From positions 36,954,001 through 37,018,000 of the forward strand of contig NC_087436.1 in the NCBI RefSeq assembly GCF_036321535.1: a stretch of DNA of 64,000 nucleotides, given 5' to 3'. The notes beneath the pieces are model-generated. The model was not told where the DNA came from and searched no databases. It saw only the letters and a program-made list of their open reading frames with translations. Positions 26,076 to 40,168 of this stretch are shown here, one piece after another (the first letter of the stretch is position 1; the number at the start of each line of letters is the position of its first letter). This DNA comes from Camelus dromedarius. Its lineage: Eukaryota. Made by a program: the position numbers and the translations under genes.

Positions 26076-28797
26076 GTTAGTGCTTGTCTGTGATTACACT
26101 GCTCCAAAGGTTCATCTTGTTGAGTTAAGTGAATGCTCGACCACATAATGGATCAAAATTTCATAAAATCCTAGACAAAACTGTCTATTTTAAGACAATT
26201 GGGTAACAAATTTGTAAGACTGGATGGCATTATGTGTCACATTAAATTTAGTTTCATCATTTTGTAGACATTACTATTATTTCCAAAAAGAAGCATCGAC
26301 TTTTGTTTTAATGTATCATCAGTCAGTACAGGGAGTTGAGGAAGAAGAAGTTATAGCTAAATGTTGTCAGTCCACTATAACAGTAACACCACTTCCTTCC
26401 TTTGGTCATCCTGGCGTCTGCCTGGGGACTCACCTTCCCCATGAAGTCTTTCTTGATTAAGCTTCCTTAGTCGTCGTCCTTTTGAGTTCTGTCAGCATGG
26501 ACACATTCAGATGGAGATTCTCTCTCACCCATTGCTGTTTAGTGGTAGGGAGGCAGGCGGGTCTGTACTGTAGTCCCCCACCAGGTGAGGGGATCAGAAG
26601 GGCCCCTGCCTCCCTCTGTACCATCTGTACCCTGGAAAGCCACAGCTGGCAACAAACTAGACCGTCTATAAGTTCTGTATAGACTGAAATAGAGTATCAA
26701 GCCCTTCCAGGCATCTAAATTGTCTTGAAATGAATTTTTTTCAAATAGTTAATACAGAGCAGATGATAGGGGTGAAAGAGAACTGAGACTTACTTTATTG
26801 TAATGAAAAACAATTCTGTTTGAACCCAATGGGGAAGGCACTGAGAAACCCTGCACGCAATAGCACCCCTTTGACCTCTGTGAGAACTCATTTTACACTC
26901 TATGTTGTCCTCGCTGCTTTGTGTGAGGACACGGCAACGTGATGCAGGGGAAAGGAACAGGGGCTGGAAAGTCAGGCAGACCTGGATGTGAATGCAGTAT
27001 CTGCCATTTTCCGGCTGTGGTCTTCGGTTAAGTTACTTAACATTTCTCAGCATTAGTTTCTTTGTTTTTAAAATAAGTGCAATAAAACAAAACAAAACAA
27101 AGATAAAATAAGCACAATAAGGTTTGGATCTGGTCCTTGTGAGAATTACGTAAGGTAATTTATATAAAGCCTGTTGCCCACAGTGGGAGCTCAGGAACAG
27201 CCAGTGTCCTCTCCTTTTTAACAATCCCAGTCTCCCCACACATACAGATTGCTCAGGAGTTTATATTCCCAAAGTCAGAGGCAGGAAGGTTTGCAAAAGA
27301 GCAAGAAGAAAGAGTGGGAGAATTTTGTGATACTGTTAAATGAATGGTAGGAGCAAAGAGGCTACAATTTTTCTTAGTCTTCTTTTAGCATCCATGCTAT
27401 AGCCACACCATCAAATGTGTCGTAACAGAGAGGAGCTCCACAGGAACAGGAACAGGAATAGGAACCTTCCTAGTCAGTCCTCCATCCCCAGGGCTCTCAC
27501 AGTTTCTAGAACATAATAGGTACTCCGTTAATATTTGTTGAATGAATAAATTAATAAAATAGTCTTAAAACCTATAAATCTATAGAATTATTATTTAGAA
27601 TCTGTTATAACAAATCAATAAAAGTACTGTTTCATAAATTTTTCTTTGAAAAAAAGGGCTTACTTTTGAACCCTCCTTTGTAATGGAATTCTCCATGTGT
27701 AATTAACTTAAAGATTATTCTTATGGTTCACAGATCAGTGATTACCACTTGGTTGTATGACAAATACCAGCCAAATTCGGTTGATACAGTTCATTTAAGG
27801 GATAAAAGTAGCTAATTAGTCTGGTGAGGGCCTAAGTGCTAACTGGTGTGATGGAAGAATCAGGAAGTCGATTATATAAATTAAGGGAATAGAATAGGAA
27901 TCTTTAATTCTGTTGACTTCAATTCCACTTAAGTATAACTTCTAGGTAAGTAAGTAACCTAAAAGTTACCTGTGGCATAAAATTCACGTACAGTGGTATC
28001 TATAGTGAAAAGCCTGTTCCCTTGGTCACCCTGGGACCCCAGTCTCTTAGTTCTCCTTGGTTCCAGAGGCAATGGTTTCTTTGGGATACTTTCAGGGATA
28101 TTTTTTGCATCAACAAGAATATAAGTCTTTGTGTACCCCTCTTTTTTATTCAAATTGTAGGCTATTTCACACTTGCTACATCTTATTTTTTTCCCCTTAA
28201 TATATCTTGGATATTATTTTATATAAACAGATGAAACGAGATCTATCTCATTTTTCCCCCAGTGGCTGCAGAGCAATCCATTTATAGATGTAGCAGAATT
28301 ATTTATTCACTCTTCTATTGATGGATATTTTGGTAGTTTTCATTCTTCCCTACTGCCATGCTGCAAGGAATATGTTTGTACCTACTTTTCTTGAAGTGAA
28401 TGTATAATTTTAATCCCGACATGCTCTACTCCCAAAAACCTGATTTAAATTTCTGAAACACCTACAAAATCAAACCCCAAACTTCCACCCTTCTAGGAGA
28501 AAGAAATGGATATCGTGGCGTGACTTCAGCTTTCCCCTGTCAAGTTCAGAGAATTTTCACTTGCTGATAACTGACAGAAAAACTAGGCATCAGAACCCCT
28601 TAATCACTGGTTCCTAAAAACCTGAGAGAATAATTTCTATTAAATACTATAATAAAATAATTATATTTTGGGTATTATGATGATTTTTATGATGGCGTTT
28701 TACATCTGTGCAGTATGCAGACCCTACCTTGCTTTTTACTTTTGACTTTTCAATACTGAAAACTGTTAATTTACTGTGAACTTTATTCTTTCAACAG

Positions 28798-28993
28798 TGT
28801 AGAAGAAAGTTTCAAGACTTTGTTTTGGTCAATATTTGGGTTGTCCGAAGTGACTTCTGTTGTGCTCAAATATGACCACAAATTCATAGAGAATATTGGA
28901 TACGTTCTTTACGGAATATACAATGTAACTATGGTGGTCGTTTTACTCAACATGCTCATTGCTATGATTAATAGCTCATATCAAGAAATCGAG
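28798..28993 (+). CDS. TRPC3: TRPC3 exon 8 (pore helix LFW, selectivity filter, S6)
   Basis: caacag|TGTAGAAG encodes [17 protein letters not shown]...[17 protein letters not shown]; donor gtaaac; 196 nt. Confidence 0.97.
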
Positions 28994-29070
28994 GTAAACC
29001 TGCTTTCTATCCATGGTGTCTGTCTTTGCTGTCTTGTTCTTTTATTTATTTTCTTTAAGTTAACATGTGC

Positions 29071-29101
29071 GATTTGGGGGGGTGGTGGGAGGTAATTTGT
29101 T

Positions 29102-29161
<60 letters not shown>

Positions 29162-29241
29162 TGGAGGTACTAGGGATTGAACCCAGGATCTCATGCATGC
29201 TAAGCAAGTACTCTACCACTGAGCTATACCTTACCCCCACC
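29071..29241 (-). mobile_element. Vic-1-like SINE with (TTTA)n
   Basis: TGGAGGTACTAGGGATTGAACCCAGG...CTCTACCACTGAGCTATACC; lies just after the exon 8 donor. Confidence 0.88.
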
Positions 29242-29609
29242 CCATTCTTGTTCTAATAGCACACCTACTTTTGTGCCCTGTGTGGATCTCCAGCTCACTT
29301 AAACAAAGTCTCTTATACCCAAGCAGGACCTGGAACTTTCTCTGTGTTTTCCATCTGAATTGATAGTAATACACCTTCCAGGATCTTCTAGGAGCACAGC
29401 AGGAATCCCCAGAAATTTACCATCAGTCTGGATTCTCTCAGTATATTGCTGAAGTTTTGCAATTAGTGGCTAGAAGCAGCATTGGCTGTAGGGAAATTAT
29501 TCTCTCCTAGGTTAGCCAGCCAGCCTGGCAGAGGAATCACCAGACATCTGGCAAACATCGATGATATTCTTTATCCAGTGAGAATGTTTAGTATTCTAGA
29601 AATGGCACT

Positions 29610-29770
29610 GGGGAGGGTAGAGCTCAGTGGCAGAGTGCATGCTTAGCATGCATGAGGTCCTGGGTTCAATCCTCAGTGCCTCCATTAAAAAAAATTATAA
29701 ATAAATAGATTAAACAAACAAACAAACAAGCAAACCTAATTACCTCCTTCCCCCTGCCAAAAAAAATTAA
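29610..29770 (+). mobile_element. Vic-1-like SINE
   Basis: AGCTCAGTGGCAGAGTGCATGCTTAGCATGCATGAGGTCCTGGGTTCAATCC head with (AAAC)n tail. Confidence 0.88.
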
Positions 29771-30654
29771 AGTCACTTTACTTTTTGCTTTAGATTGGAC
29801 TTGGTATGGTACCTTTCTTCATCATCGTATATAAGTTTTTTTTTCCTTACATCCTCTGGTTTAGTGGTCTTTTTAGTCCTTTGATGTTTGTTGAGTGCAC
29901 TGAGTTTCTGTCTGTGTTTTAGAAACACATAAGACTGTGTTCCCAAAGCAAAGTTAGGTCCCAGACAAGAAAACGGTACTCTCTCTGAACACCTGCTTGG
30001 GTGTGGTAATGGCAGCCTGGGCGGTGTGAAGTGACTGAGCCAACTTCTTCCACCTGTGGACAGGCTCCTCTTCATTTCTTCTCCATCCTTCCTGCCAGCT
30101 AGAATGGTTATGCCCAGCACCAGGGGGCAGCACTGAGGATAAAAGCAGATACTAGGCAGGAATAGGCCACTGAGTGCCGTATGTGACATATGGCAGACAC
30201 GGTAAGCAGCAAAGTGCAATTCATCTGAATGCTGCTCTTTTTCGTTTGCCCTTGGAGTATAACGTGCTGTATCCACAACCTGGCTCGGGTGGGTCTAGAT
30301 GAGGAGGGAGGCTGGCTGGAACTATTGTTGAATATGCCACGTTAGAAGAGGGGGAAGGAAGGAGGGAGGAATTAATCTTTTCATCTTTCCTTGACCTGAA
30401 TTTTTCTTGTGTTTTTGCTTCATTTTTGGACGGGTGACAGGAAATTCTGATTAAATTTCAGTGGATATAGACAGAAGCATATGGAAAAGAAAATTTTTAA
30501 ATGAGTATCATAAAAGTGATACTGAGACTACTATGTAGGCCAATAGAGATTATATGCAGATAAATGTATATATGCCGCTTTTCTATTTCAAAAGCATAAT
30601 TAAGGTTCATTGTAAGGCCCTACTGGAATCCATTACTAGAATATTTAGTTTTAA

Positions 30655-30963
<309 letters not shown>

Positions 30964-33900
30964 TGATGTTTGTTCAATAATTTTTGTATGTGAACTTAGA
31001 AGATGTTGAAAGTAACTGTCCATTCCATAGTCTTTCATAGACTAATACTTAATGTATTCATAGTGAAGTCACTTAGTCTATGCCTTGCTTTTGGTCAGAA
31101 TCTCATGTAAACTACCAAATTAAAAACACACTAACAAAAAAACTTCTCTAACTTGTTAAAAGTAAACAGAAAAGTTATTGTTAGAAAACATTTTGTTTTT
31201 TGTGTGTGTTCCATGCTTCTCAACAGTTATTCCAAAGTTAAATAGTTCTAACCTCACATTTTCCTCTTGGTTGTATGTGTAGTTCACTACCACCTTATTC
31301 TTCTCATTTGTAGAAACCCTTTACTGGGCTAAATAATCTGTTTTGCTCTAATATCATAACATTGATACAGGCTTAAGAGCATCCTCAAATATTAACTATA
31401 AATACCCCCTTTTATAAATAACCCAGAATGGTTTGTTCTTGAGTTGTCCTGGTTGAGTCATGCCTAGATTTTAACAAAGATGAGTTTCAGGCTAGCACTT
31501 TATTATCATGAACTTAATTTTCAGAGATAGAATTGGCATAGGAGACAGAAGGATACAGACAGAACCTCAAATAACAGGGAGTGAGGCAGATAGGAGCAAG
31601 TGTGTGGGTTAAAATATAATTTTTGCCTAAGGTTGTGAAAATGGTCTGTAGCTGTAATAGCCTGGGAGCCCACAAGATAGTGATTTTACCTCCATAAAGT
31701 GCATTTTTTTTTCTCATTTGAAGCTTGTGGGAAAAAACTAAATTAATGCAATTTATTTTCTCACCTTTTAAAGGAGATGTGCCTCTCCGAGATTTGTAAT
31801 ACCTTGGCACCTTTAAGAAGGTGGCCTTTTAAACCTTCTTTGACCTGGATGTGGACTCTTCAGGCTATTAGGTTGCAAGACGGTGACTGGCTGTGACATC
31901 CCATGATTTCAAATAATACTTCACTGTATACAGCAAGCGAGAAGCAGTAATGGAAGGAAGAGAGTTGCCATTAGACCTGCATTTAAATTCTGGCTTAAGG
32001 CTTAGTAGAAAGTGACATGGATAAATCACTTTATCCATGAAAGAGAGAAAACTTCGTAGGGTTCTCGTGAGGATGGTATGAGATGCACAAAATTCCAGCC
32101 TCAACAAATATCAGTGCCCTTCCTCATTCACAGTTTACAGAGTGCTTTGCTGTACATTTGAACCTCATGAAACACTGTGAGGTAGGTATTACTATTATTC
32201 CATTTCATAGATAAGACATCTGAAGCTATTAAAAATAACTCACTTAGGCAAGGTCACAGGAGCTGGCCAGCATGGGGTAGGTGTGGAATTTGCCTTTTCC
32301 AGCATCAGATGCCCAGCTCTTCCTGCTGCACCTGGCTGCCTCCTGCTCAGGCAGGGCAGCTCTGGCTTGGTTGCTGCCCCACCTCCTCCCCACCGGCTGC
32401 GCTGTACCTTCAGCTTCATCTTCGTGGGTCTCTTAAGGGGTTGGGCTCTAACTGCCAGCCCTGGTAACTCCTGCTACTGCCGGGATGGACTTGGTTTTGA
32501 AGGTGCCTTGTTTCTCTAAGGATTGACTCATTCTCTAAGGCTTTATTATTGAAAGAGGAAGCTGTTCAAGCATGGGAACTCACTGCTTCTGCATTTCACA
32601 CCTTAAAGTTTTCTCTCTGGAGGCAACTGATTTCACTGACTTCTGACCTCATTCCTGATCTTGTCGTAGTGTAGGAGGGGAAACACTATCCCTTTAAGAA
32701 GAGCACAGTAGACGCTAGGTAGATGCGGCTACCTAGACCACTGTTTAAAAATAAAACAAGCTTGCTCACAAGGATGTGAGGGGAGCCGCCGATGTGCTCC
32801 GTTAGGGAGCCCTCTCCTGTCCCTGCCCGCCTCGTACCACTGGCAGGAAGAAGCGCTTTCCTCAGAGAGCTTGCCGAAAACAGAAGGAAGGATCTTTCAG
32901 AAGCCCTGCTCCTTGGCTTCCCTGTCTCCCCATCTCTGGTTAAAAACTGTCATTTTGATTTTATTTTTTAAATTGTGCACGGAGCTGTTATTATTGCTTT
33001 AATCTTATATTCAAAGATATTCTCTGTGTACTGAATTTAGTAAAACTTTGGAGAAATTATGTTTCTGTTTTTCCTTTTTAGAAGTCAGGAAGGAGCCTCA
33101 TGAAATCAAACGTATACAGCTAACCTCAGTCAGCAGTCAGATACTGACCTCCCGTGGCAAACAGGAGAATTGGCTTTGTCAGTCAAGGTTGTCTCCTGCC
33201 ACGATTAAGAGGACAAAATCAGGAGGATCATTGCCTAGCAGTGCCACTTCCTCCCTCCCTAGCATCCCTCCCCTTCCTTATGGTGGGAAGGCAGGTAGTG
33301 GGGTGAATGCATGTTTTTGGATAAAGGGCCCTGCCTTAATCACACCTTCCAGGTAGCAGCTTACCTACAAAAGAAGCAGGCCCTGCTCACAAACGGGAAG
33401 GGCAGATAGGAACAATGGTCTCTTGCTTTCTATTCCTACTCACTCGAAAGTTAAACCTTAAAAAGAAAAAGAGAAAGAAAAAGAAAACCAGAATTCTCTA
33501 GCCCAGTTCTCTCCAGAGCAGTGAGCCTGTCAGAGTATAAGGCCAAGATGCTTAGGAAGATGCATCACTTTGGCTCATATTTTGGGGTTATAAAAAACCA
33601 AATGCTACCATCGGAACTTGTAATGCATTTCTGTTTAAGTGCATGTGAGGAACACAGGCTCAGGAGTAGACAGAGTTGCTTCTGCACAACTTCTTCTAGG
33701 TGCTGTGAATACATTTTGATAAACTATGCAAGGACCCCCAGGAGCAATTATGTTTAACCCGAGCCAACTTTTAAAAATGTGTTTTCAGTTAAACAGTTCT
33801 GTGGCAGTTCATCTTGCCAACATTTTGATAAACGTCAGCATGTTGCCCACATTAACTTTTACCTTTGGAAATATACGAGGTCACTTGTAAAACTCAGCGT

Positions 33901-34023
33901 CCACAGAATGTTCCTTAGGAATGTTGACTCCACAAATGTTGTCGAGGCGAATAAAGTAGATTATAGTTATGCTTTCCATATAAATGTATTCTAATTTACT
34001 AGGTTAATTGTATTTTTTCCTAG

Positions 34024-34107
34024 TTAAACCTCTTCACTCAGTCTAACTCAAGAGTTTTTGAATCACACAGTTTTAACAGCATTCTCAATCAGCCAACACG
34101 TTATCAG
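34024..34107 (+). CDS. TRPC3: TRPC3 exon 10 (84 nt, part of CIRB domain; absent from ORF track)
   Basis: ttttttcctag|TTAAACCTC encodes LNLFTQSNSRVFESHSFNSILNQPTRYQ; donor gtaagc. Confidence 0.96.
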
Positions 34108-34399
34108 GTAAGCATTCATTAGACATATCTCTTATCTGTGTGTAGTTCCACATATGTCTCTGTGTTTGTGTGTGTGTGTGAATAGTGAGTAGAATTATAT
34201 TCTTCAGATGTGCTATGAGGACAGAATAGAACAGAGAAAATAGTATGTTAGGTGGAGGGCACTTTAGAAATCAGAGTCCAAGTTCTCTCTCTTTTCTTTT
34301 TTTTTTTTTTTGGTTGCAGAAGAAGAGTGCTTTGTGATATTGAAAGCAAAGTGTTGCCACAATTTCCAAAGAACACTTTCACATACCTTGAGCAGAAAG

Positions 34400-36040
34400 C
34401 ACTGGGAGATTTGGTACATTAGGAAAATAATGGTCTCACAGTATAAAAAGCTGGTACATTTATTTCTCCAGATAGTCTATTTTCCAAGTGAAATCCTAGG
34501 CTTTACTTTTGCATCAGTACTACTTTCAAATATCTGTTGCATTTTGATATTGGATGTGACATTTCAACACTATTTTCCAACTCAGAAGAGGGTATAGTCC
34601 TTCCCATCTGGTTGTTCATTTTGACTACCAAATCTTTAGATTTCTGACGCAGTACAGGACCACAAAAATGAGGATCAAGGAATTTATAATGTATGGTAAT
34701 ATCAATTGGCATAGTCCTCTTCATACAATTTTCTTGGAAGCAGCACATTCTGCAAAATTGCTTAGCACACTGATTGTCAAAGCCTTACTTTTTAATGGTT
34801 ATATTATATTCCATTATATGGTTGTATTTAATCTATCAGCCTTCTATTGATGGCAATAGAGGATATTGCCAATATTTAGCTATTACAAGTAATACTGCAG
34901 TAAGTAACCTTGTATACATGACATTTGAAATGTGCAGATCTATAGAATTGTCTGGTTAAAGTATATGTGCATTTTAATTTTTCAACTATCATCAAACTGA
35001 TTTTGATGGAGCTTGTACCAATTTATAATCTTACGATAAATGTACTAGAGTGCCCATTTCCTCCTTAATTTAGCACTAGTATGTTACCAAAGGTTTTTAT
35101 CTTGGCCAAATTGTTAGGTGAAAATGGTATCACAGTGTAGTTTTACTCTGCATTCTTTGTAATGAGTGAACTTGACCCTTTTTTATGTTTAGTGTTCTAT
35201 ATGCTTAATACCGTATATATTTAATTTTCTTGATGGGCTCTTTGTTATAAATTAGGAGTAATTCTTTTAAGAATTAAAAACTGTTTTAAGAAAATCAGCC
35301 CTTTGCCTGTGGTGTAAATTGAGAATTTTTCCCCCAGTTTGTTGCATATCTTTTTAATATTTATGGGTGTTTTTCCCCCACCTTTTAAAAAATTTTGTGT
35401 AGTAAACTTTACAAATTTTTATGGCTTCAGATTTTGTGTTCTATTTTGAAAGCTCATCTCCCATACAAGGATATTTAAGAAAATTTTTACCCATATTTTT
35501 CTTGGTATTTTCATGGTTTCACTTTTTACATGATAATATTTGATCCATATAGAATATATTTTGATGCAACATGTGGATGGAGATCCAGTTTTTTTTTCAG
35601 ATAATTACACAGCTGGTTGTGTTGAAGAATGTATCTTTTCTACTGATTTGAAATACCACCTTTATTGTTACTAATTAATATGTCTACTTAGGTATATTTC
35701 TTGGCTCTAGGTTTATTTCTCTGTGCTATATAACCAAATTCTTACAGTTTAAAACACAATCAAACAAAATACACAGACACACATACATACGTCCTTTCTT
35801 CAAGATTCTTATTTTGCATAGTTTTCCTGGTTATTCTTCCTTTTTTATTTTTCTGTATTAACTTTAGCATCAGCCTGTCTAGTTTGCAAAATATTGTTGG
35901 TATTTTTTATTGTGATTGTGTTCACTTAAGTAGAATTGACGTTTTTACAATGTTGTGTCTTCCTTTTCAAGAACATAATGTACCTTTCCATTTGTTCAGA
36001 TCTTCATTTGTGTATTCAGTATCATTTTAAGGTAGTCCTC
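34400..36040 (-). mobile_element. Old L1M fragment(s)
   Basis: T-rich antisense L1 motifs (TATTCCATTATATGG, GCTATTACAAGTAATACTGC, TGTACCAATTTA, AAATGGTATC); continues near 37250-38300. Confidence 0.65.
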
Positions 36041-36049
36041 AGAGTGTGC

Positions 36050-36470
36050 GTATTAGTTAGGATTAAGTTTGGTGCAAATCACACAGTATCACCGAATACC
36101 AACCACCAAGTAGCTGGAAGAACATAGAAATATGTTCCTCTCTTTTTTTCAAGAATTCAGGAGGTAGTCATTCCATTGATGTGGTATCTCCCAGTGTTGG
36201 GGCCCCAGGCTGTTTCTATCATACTGCTCTGTCATGATTGCATTTCATTCTGACATGATCTCATGATCCAAGAAAGTTACTGGGGCTCTTCTGCTATTAC
36301 TTCTGCATTACAAAATACAATCAGAAGGTGATAGGGAAGGAAGATGCCTCCTTCCTGTAAGGAACTTCTGTCAAGTTACACAAACGACTCATCTGCAATG
36401 GAGGCTGGGAAATCAGTCTTAATTCTTAGTGGCCATGTGCTGAGCTAAGAAGCCAGGGAAGAGAATTGGC
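36050..36470. mobile_element. MaLR (MLT1-type) LTR fragment
   Basis: MLT1-like motifs TATTAGTTAGGATT, GGAGGCTGGGAAAT.AGTCTT, GGCCATGTGC. A similar fragment is near 10700-11040. Confidence 0.5.
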
Positions 36471-36669
36471 AGGCTCTAGTGAAGTGGATTATATTATTTG
36501 TCTGGTGCTTTGCACATACTTATATCTATGTTATTTCATTTATAAGTTTCACATTTTATCTTTTGACCCTCCAGCTCTATAATATGAAAAAAAATCAATG
36601 TGTTTATTTTATCTTTCACCATTTCCCCCTTCTCTTACCAGGTTTTGTTAGTTAAATCATTAGAACTTT

Positions 36670-37245
36670 GAGTTGGGGACAAAGGACAAAACACACAAAC
36701 AAAAAAGACAAAAACCTTTCCTCTACCTATTAGGTTCAGTCCCTGAGGCCTGTGAATTAAACTGACAAAAGATAGATTAACAGGAGAAAAACAGTTTACT
36801 TACGCATGCAAAGTACAAACACCTGTGAGAGAACTTGGTGATGAGTAACTCAAAGGGGTAGTTAGAATTTGGGGCTTATATACCATCCTAAAAAGGGGGA
36901 TTAATTTCTGGAGAAGTGACAAGACAAAGGAAAAGAGATTTGGGCTCTTAGGGGTGGTAAATTGTGGGAAGGTGAATATATGGGAGATTATTGTTACTGT
37001 AGAAATGTCATGCAACTCTGTGCCAACTTTCTGTGTCCAGTGATGACGGTAGTTTTTCTTCCCCTAGGAAATGGGAGAGGGAAAGGGGAGGACCTTCACA
37101 AAGGGAAGTTTATGTCCTGCTTTTAGGCAGATGGGAGGAAGGCAGTGAGCTCTTTCCACGTTTTCTGCTTCTGAATTGACTTTAGGTCAAAATAATCCTA
37201 TGTCCAAGTGATGTATTTTGGGGTGGCGTTTTCTGATCCCCTTCA
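36670..37245 (-). mobile_element. ERV1 solo LTR (MER41/MER34-like)
   Basis: Begins TGAAGGGGATCAGAA on the minus strand; minus-strand TATA (GCTTATATACC on +); motif GATTAACAGGAGAAAA. Left boundary approximate. Confidence 0.65.
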
Positions 37246-39119
37246 CTACCTTGTCAGGATTATAACCCACATTTGTTTGGTTTTAATCCCACAGTTAAAC
37301 AGAGTCAGTACTCACCACCAGTCTTTTTGACATAAGTTTCCATTAATCTCTTTGTCAGCTAAAGTTTGTCTTCCTCTAGTTCCTTCAAAAAGAGTTTCTG
37401 GGAACCATGTTATCTGAGTTATGTAATGCTCTAAATTGCTTTCTATTTTCTGTATATCTGTGTGGACTAGCTGTAAAATTCTTACATGTGACTTTATTTT
37501 CTTAATGTATTGGTAAACATTACTCCACTGTTCCTACGATGGAACATTGAAAAGTTTGAGGCCAGCCTGATTGGTTTTCTTACATAGTTGACCCGAGATT
37601 TTGAATTGAATGCTCAAATTTTCTTCGTTTATCTTTTAAATCCAGTAACTTGCTACTAATTGTTCTACTTGTACGTGAGTCTGTATGAATTTTTCCTGGC
37701 ACAGAGTATAGCCTTTCAATCTGCCAAGTCTTCTTTTATTTCTGAATAATTTCCTTGAACTGTATCTTGAAATATTTTTTTATGTTCCATTCTACTGAGT
37801 CTCTTCCTCCAAGATACCAATTAGATGCCAACTGAATCTTCTTTGCCTGTCTTCCACAGCTACCATTTTTTCTCTATGCCCTTTGAATTTTTCATCCATT
37901 TCTCCCTTTTGGGTCCTTTTTTCTTTTCCTATATTTTATTCCTGTCTATCTTCACATGTGCTGCTTCAAAAATATCTTTCATTTCTGTGGTGATTTTGTG
38001 TCTTTTCTTCCTCCTCTTATTGAGGTTTTCCAACTTATATATCACTTCCTTCTTTGGCTCATTATATTTCCCCTGACCTCTTTGTGCTCGTATTTTAAAG
38101 ACATGACTGCCTCATCATATTTTTGAATTATGATTCGATAGATTATGTTTCAATAGTGGCATTATGTCTTTTGATCTTTAACATTTTTCTGGTGAGTGTT
38201 TATTATTTGCTGTTTGTTTTATCCATCTTTCTTGGACTAGCTTAGTATAGATTTCTGTAGATTCCTTACTGACTGTTACTTGGTTTTGAATGAAGTAAGT
38301 TTTCCTCAGACCAGCTACTTTCAGGAGGTTGGAGAGGGGTCAGAGAATTCCAGGGCCACGTTCCAGGCTGAGGAATTTGCCTTTGGGCCCAGGGTGCTGC
38401 CTGTGGGTTCAGTTTATTCTTTATTTCCCTCGTCAACCATAGCACTGTGGTACTTTGCACAAGGCAGACTCTCCCTCTCCACCTCACTGACAAAGCGCTT
38501 CTGGCAAATAGGGCTTCTCTTTATCATTTCTCCTGCAGTTCTGGATTCTAAGCTTCCGTAGACTTTGTATCAAAAGGTCAAGGGATGTTCTCAGCCATGA
38601 ATGTCTGCTTTTGGCTTTTCCCCACACCTTCATTTGACCTTTTCATCTAACCTTTCTAAAAAAGAACATGGATTCCTCTAAGTCTCATTAAAGAAGGAGT
38701 GAGTGTTTCTGCTTCCTATACTCCTTGATGCTTTTAAGTGATTTAGAAGAAGTGGAGGAACTTCTAAGTTTACTGTTAAATTGAAAATTGCTATATTTCT
38801 ACATGAGATGATCCTTGCTAAATGCCCAGAGACTCCAGAATCCTGTACATTTCATATTTTCTAAGCAGAATTCCCTGCGCCTGTGGTATAATCTTCTGTG
38901 GCTCCCCAAAAGTGAGAGTAGAAAAAGAGAAACTGAGGCTGAAAGTCTCAATCAGCTATGTACACATCAGTCAAACTTCATATAAATGCCTTGATTATAT
39001 TTAAATAAAATCTCTTTGTTATGAACTCCATGAGTGATAATAATTGGTTTATTTGTTATGGATTTTTGTTTCATGCAGTGTGATTATAATATACAACTTA
39101 CCTTAAAGAAATTCCAGAT

Positions 39120-39570
39120 CTTAATCTGCTAAATGGGGATTTTTCCTTCAAAAGGGTGACCTTTGGGATACACTAGTTCTAGTGATTCTACCACAGCTCA
39201 GAACATTTTTGGAATAATCATACTTTTATGATTAGTTTATGAGACACACCAAAGTGCTTTATTATTTTCTCACTACTGAACTTAGCTAATTATTCACCTT
39301 ATTAACAAGACTCAGTGCTATCTGACTTCACATTTTTTTCAAAAATAGTCACATCCGCCTTGAAAGAAAATGTGGCCATCACCAATCAGGTCATCACCTT
39401 ACATGTTTTCCATTTAGATGAGTATTTCCTCTTCAAAACAATTACTTCAAAGACAGAGATTCAAATGTGCCTCAAAGGGCAACAAAGAAAAAGTTTCAAA
39501 ATGCTTTGATCAATGGCATTATTGTTTATATTAATATTATTAATAGCATGCCAAGGCAATTTTTTTTAAT
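39120..39570 (+). mobile_element. Decayed mariner fossil (MARNA-like)
   Basis: Remnants resembling the mariner SPDLAPSDF-LF-LK region (39307-39370) and the C-terminal FQKCFEQW-like stretch AAGTTTCAAAATGCTTTGATCAATGG. Confidence 0.5.
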
Positions 39571-40168
39571 GTATGTACAGAATTTTTGGTAAACAGGGAT
39601 GATTTTTCTGGAGAACATAAAGACTTGGAGATAGCCATGATTGAATTCTGCTCATGAATACCTGGGTTAATTCAAGTTAAAGTACCAAGACATGCTGAGT
39701 CCTGAAGAAATGGGAATATAGTGTAAGACTCCACGAAAGATGGGCTGAGGGTTCTTGGGGCTTTTGTCTCTCCGCTTTCTGGTGTGGCAGTTCTGCTTTA
39801 ATAGCCTTCTTCGGCTTGAGAAGACCTTTGGCCCATATGGTCTCTGATCCAACCCATGCAGGCCTGGTTTTACTGGAAGCACATGGCCCTAAAGGAGGCA
39901 ACAGGAGGCATTCACATGAAGCTTCGTGGCACAGTCAGGATATCCTCTATTGATAGACATCTGTGAAGCTTCATGTGAATGCCTCCTATTGCCTCCTCTA
40001 TTATGCATGGTCCCAGGTTATAGGAACACAAAGATATAGTCCTTGGCTTTAAGGATCTGTTCCCTGGAGTGGAAGGGCAACATTGAGGTGGAGAAGAAGG
40101 GAAGGGGAAAAAAAAAGTAGGTGAACATTCATACAACCCTCAGATGTGGCTGTCTGGTACAGGTGAGA

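Noticed and set aside
29610..29683. tRNA-Ala(AGC)-like cloverleaf with an intact anticodon arm
   Set aside because: SINE head with A tail, one of eight related copies; not a tRNA gene.
29773..30276. 167-aa minus-strand ORF
   Set aside because: Non-ATG start, no recognisable domain, abuts a SINE tail; consistent with chance.
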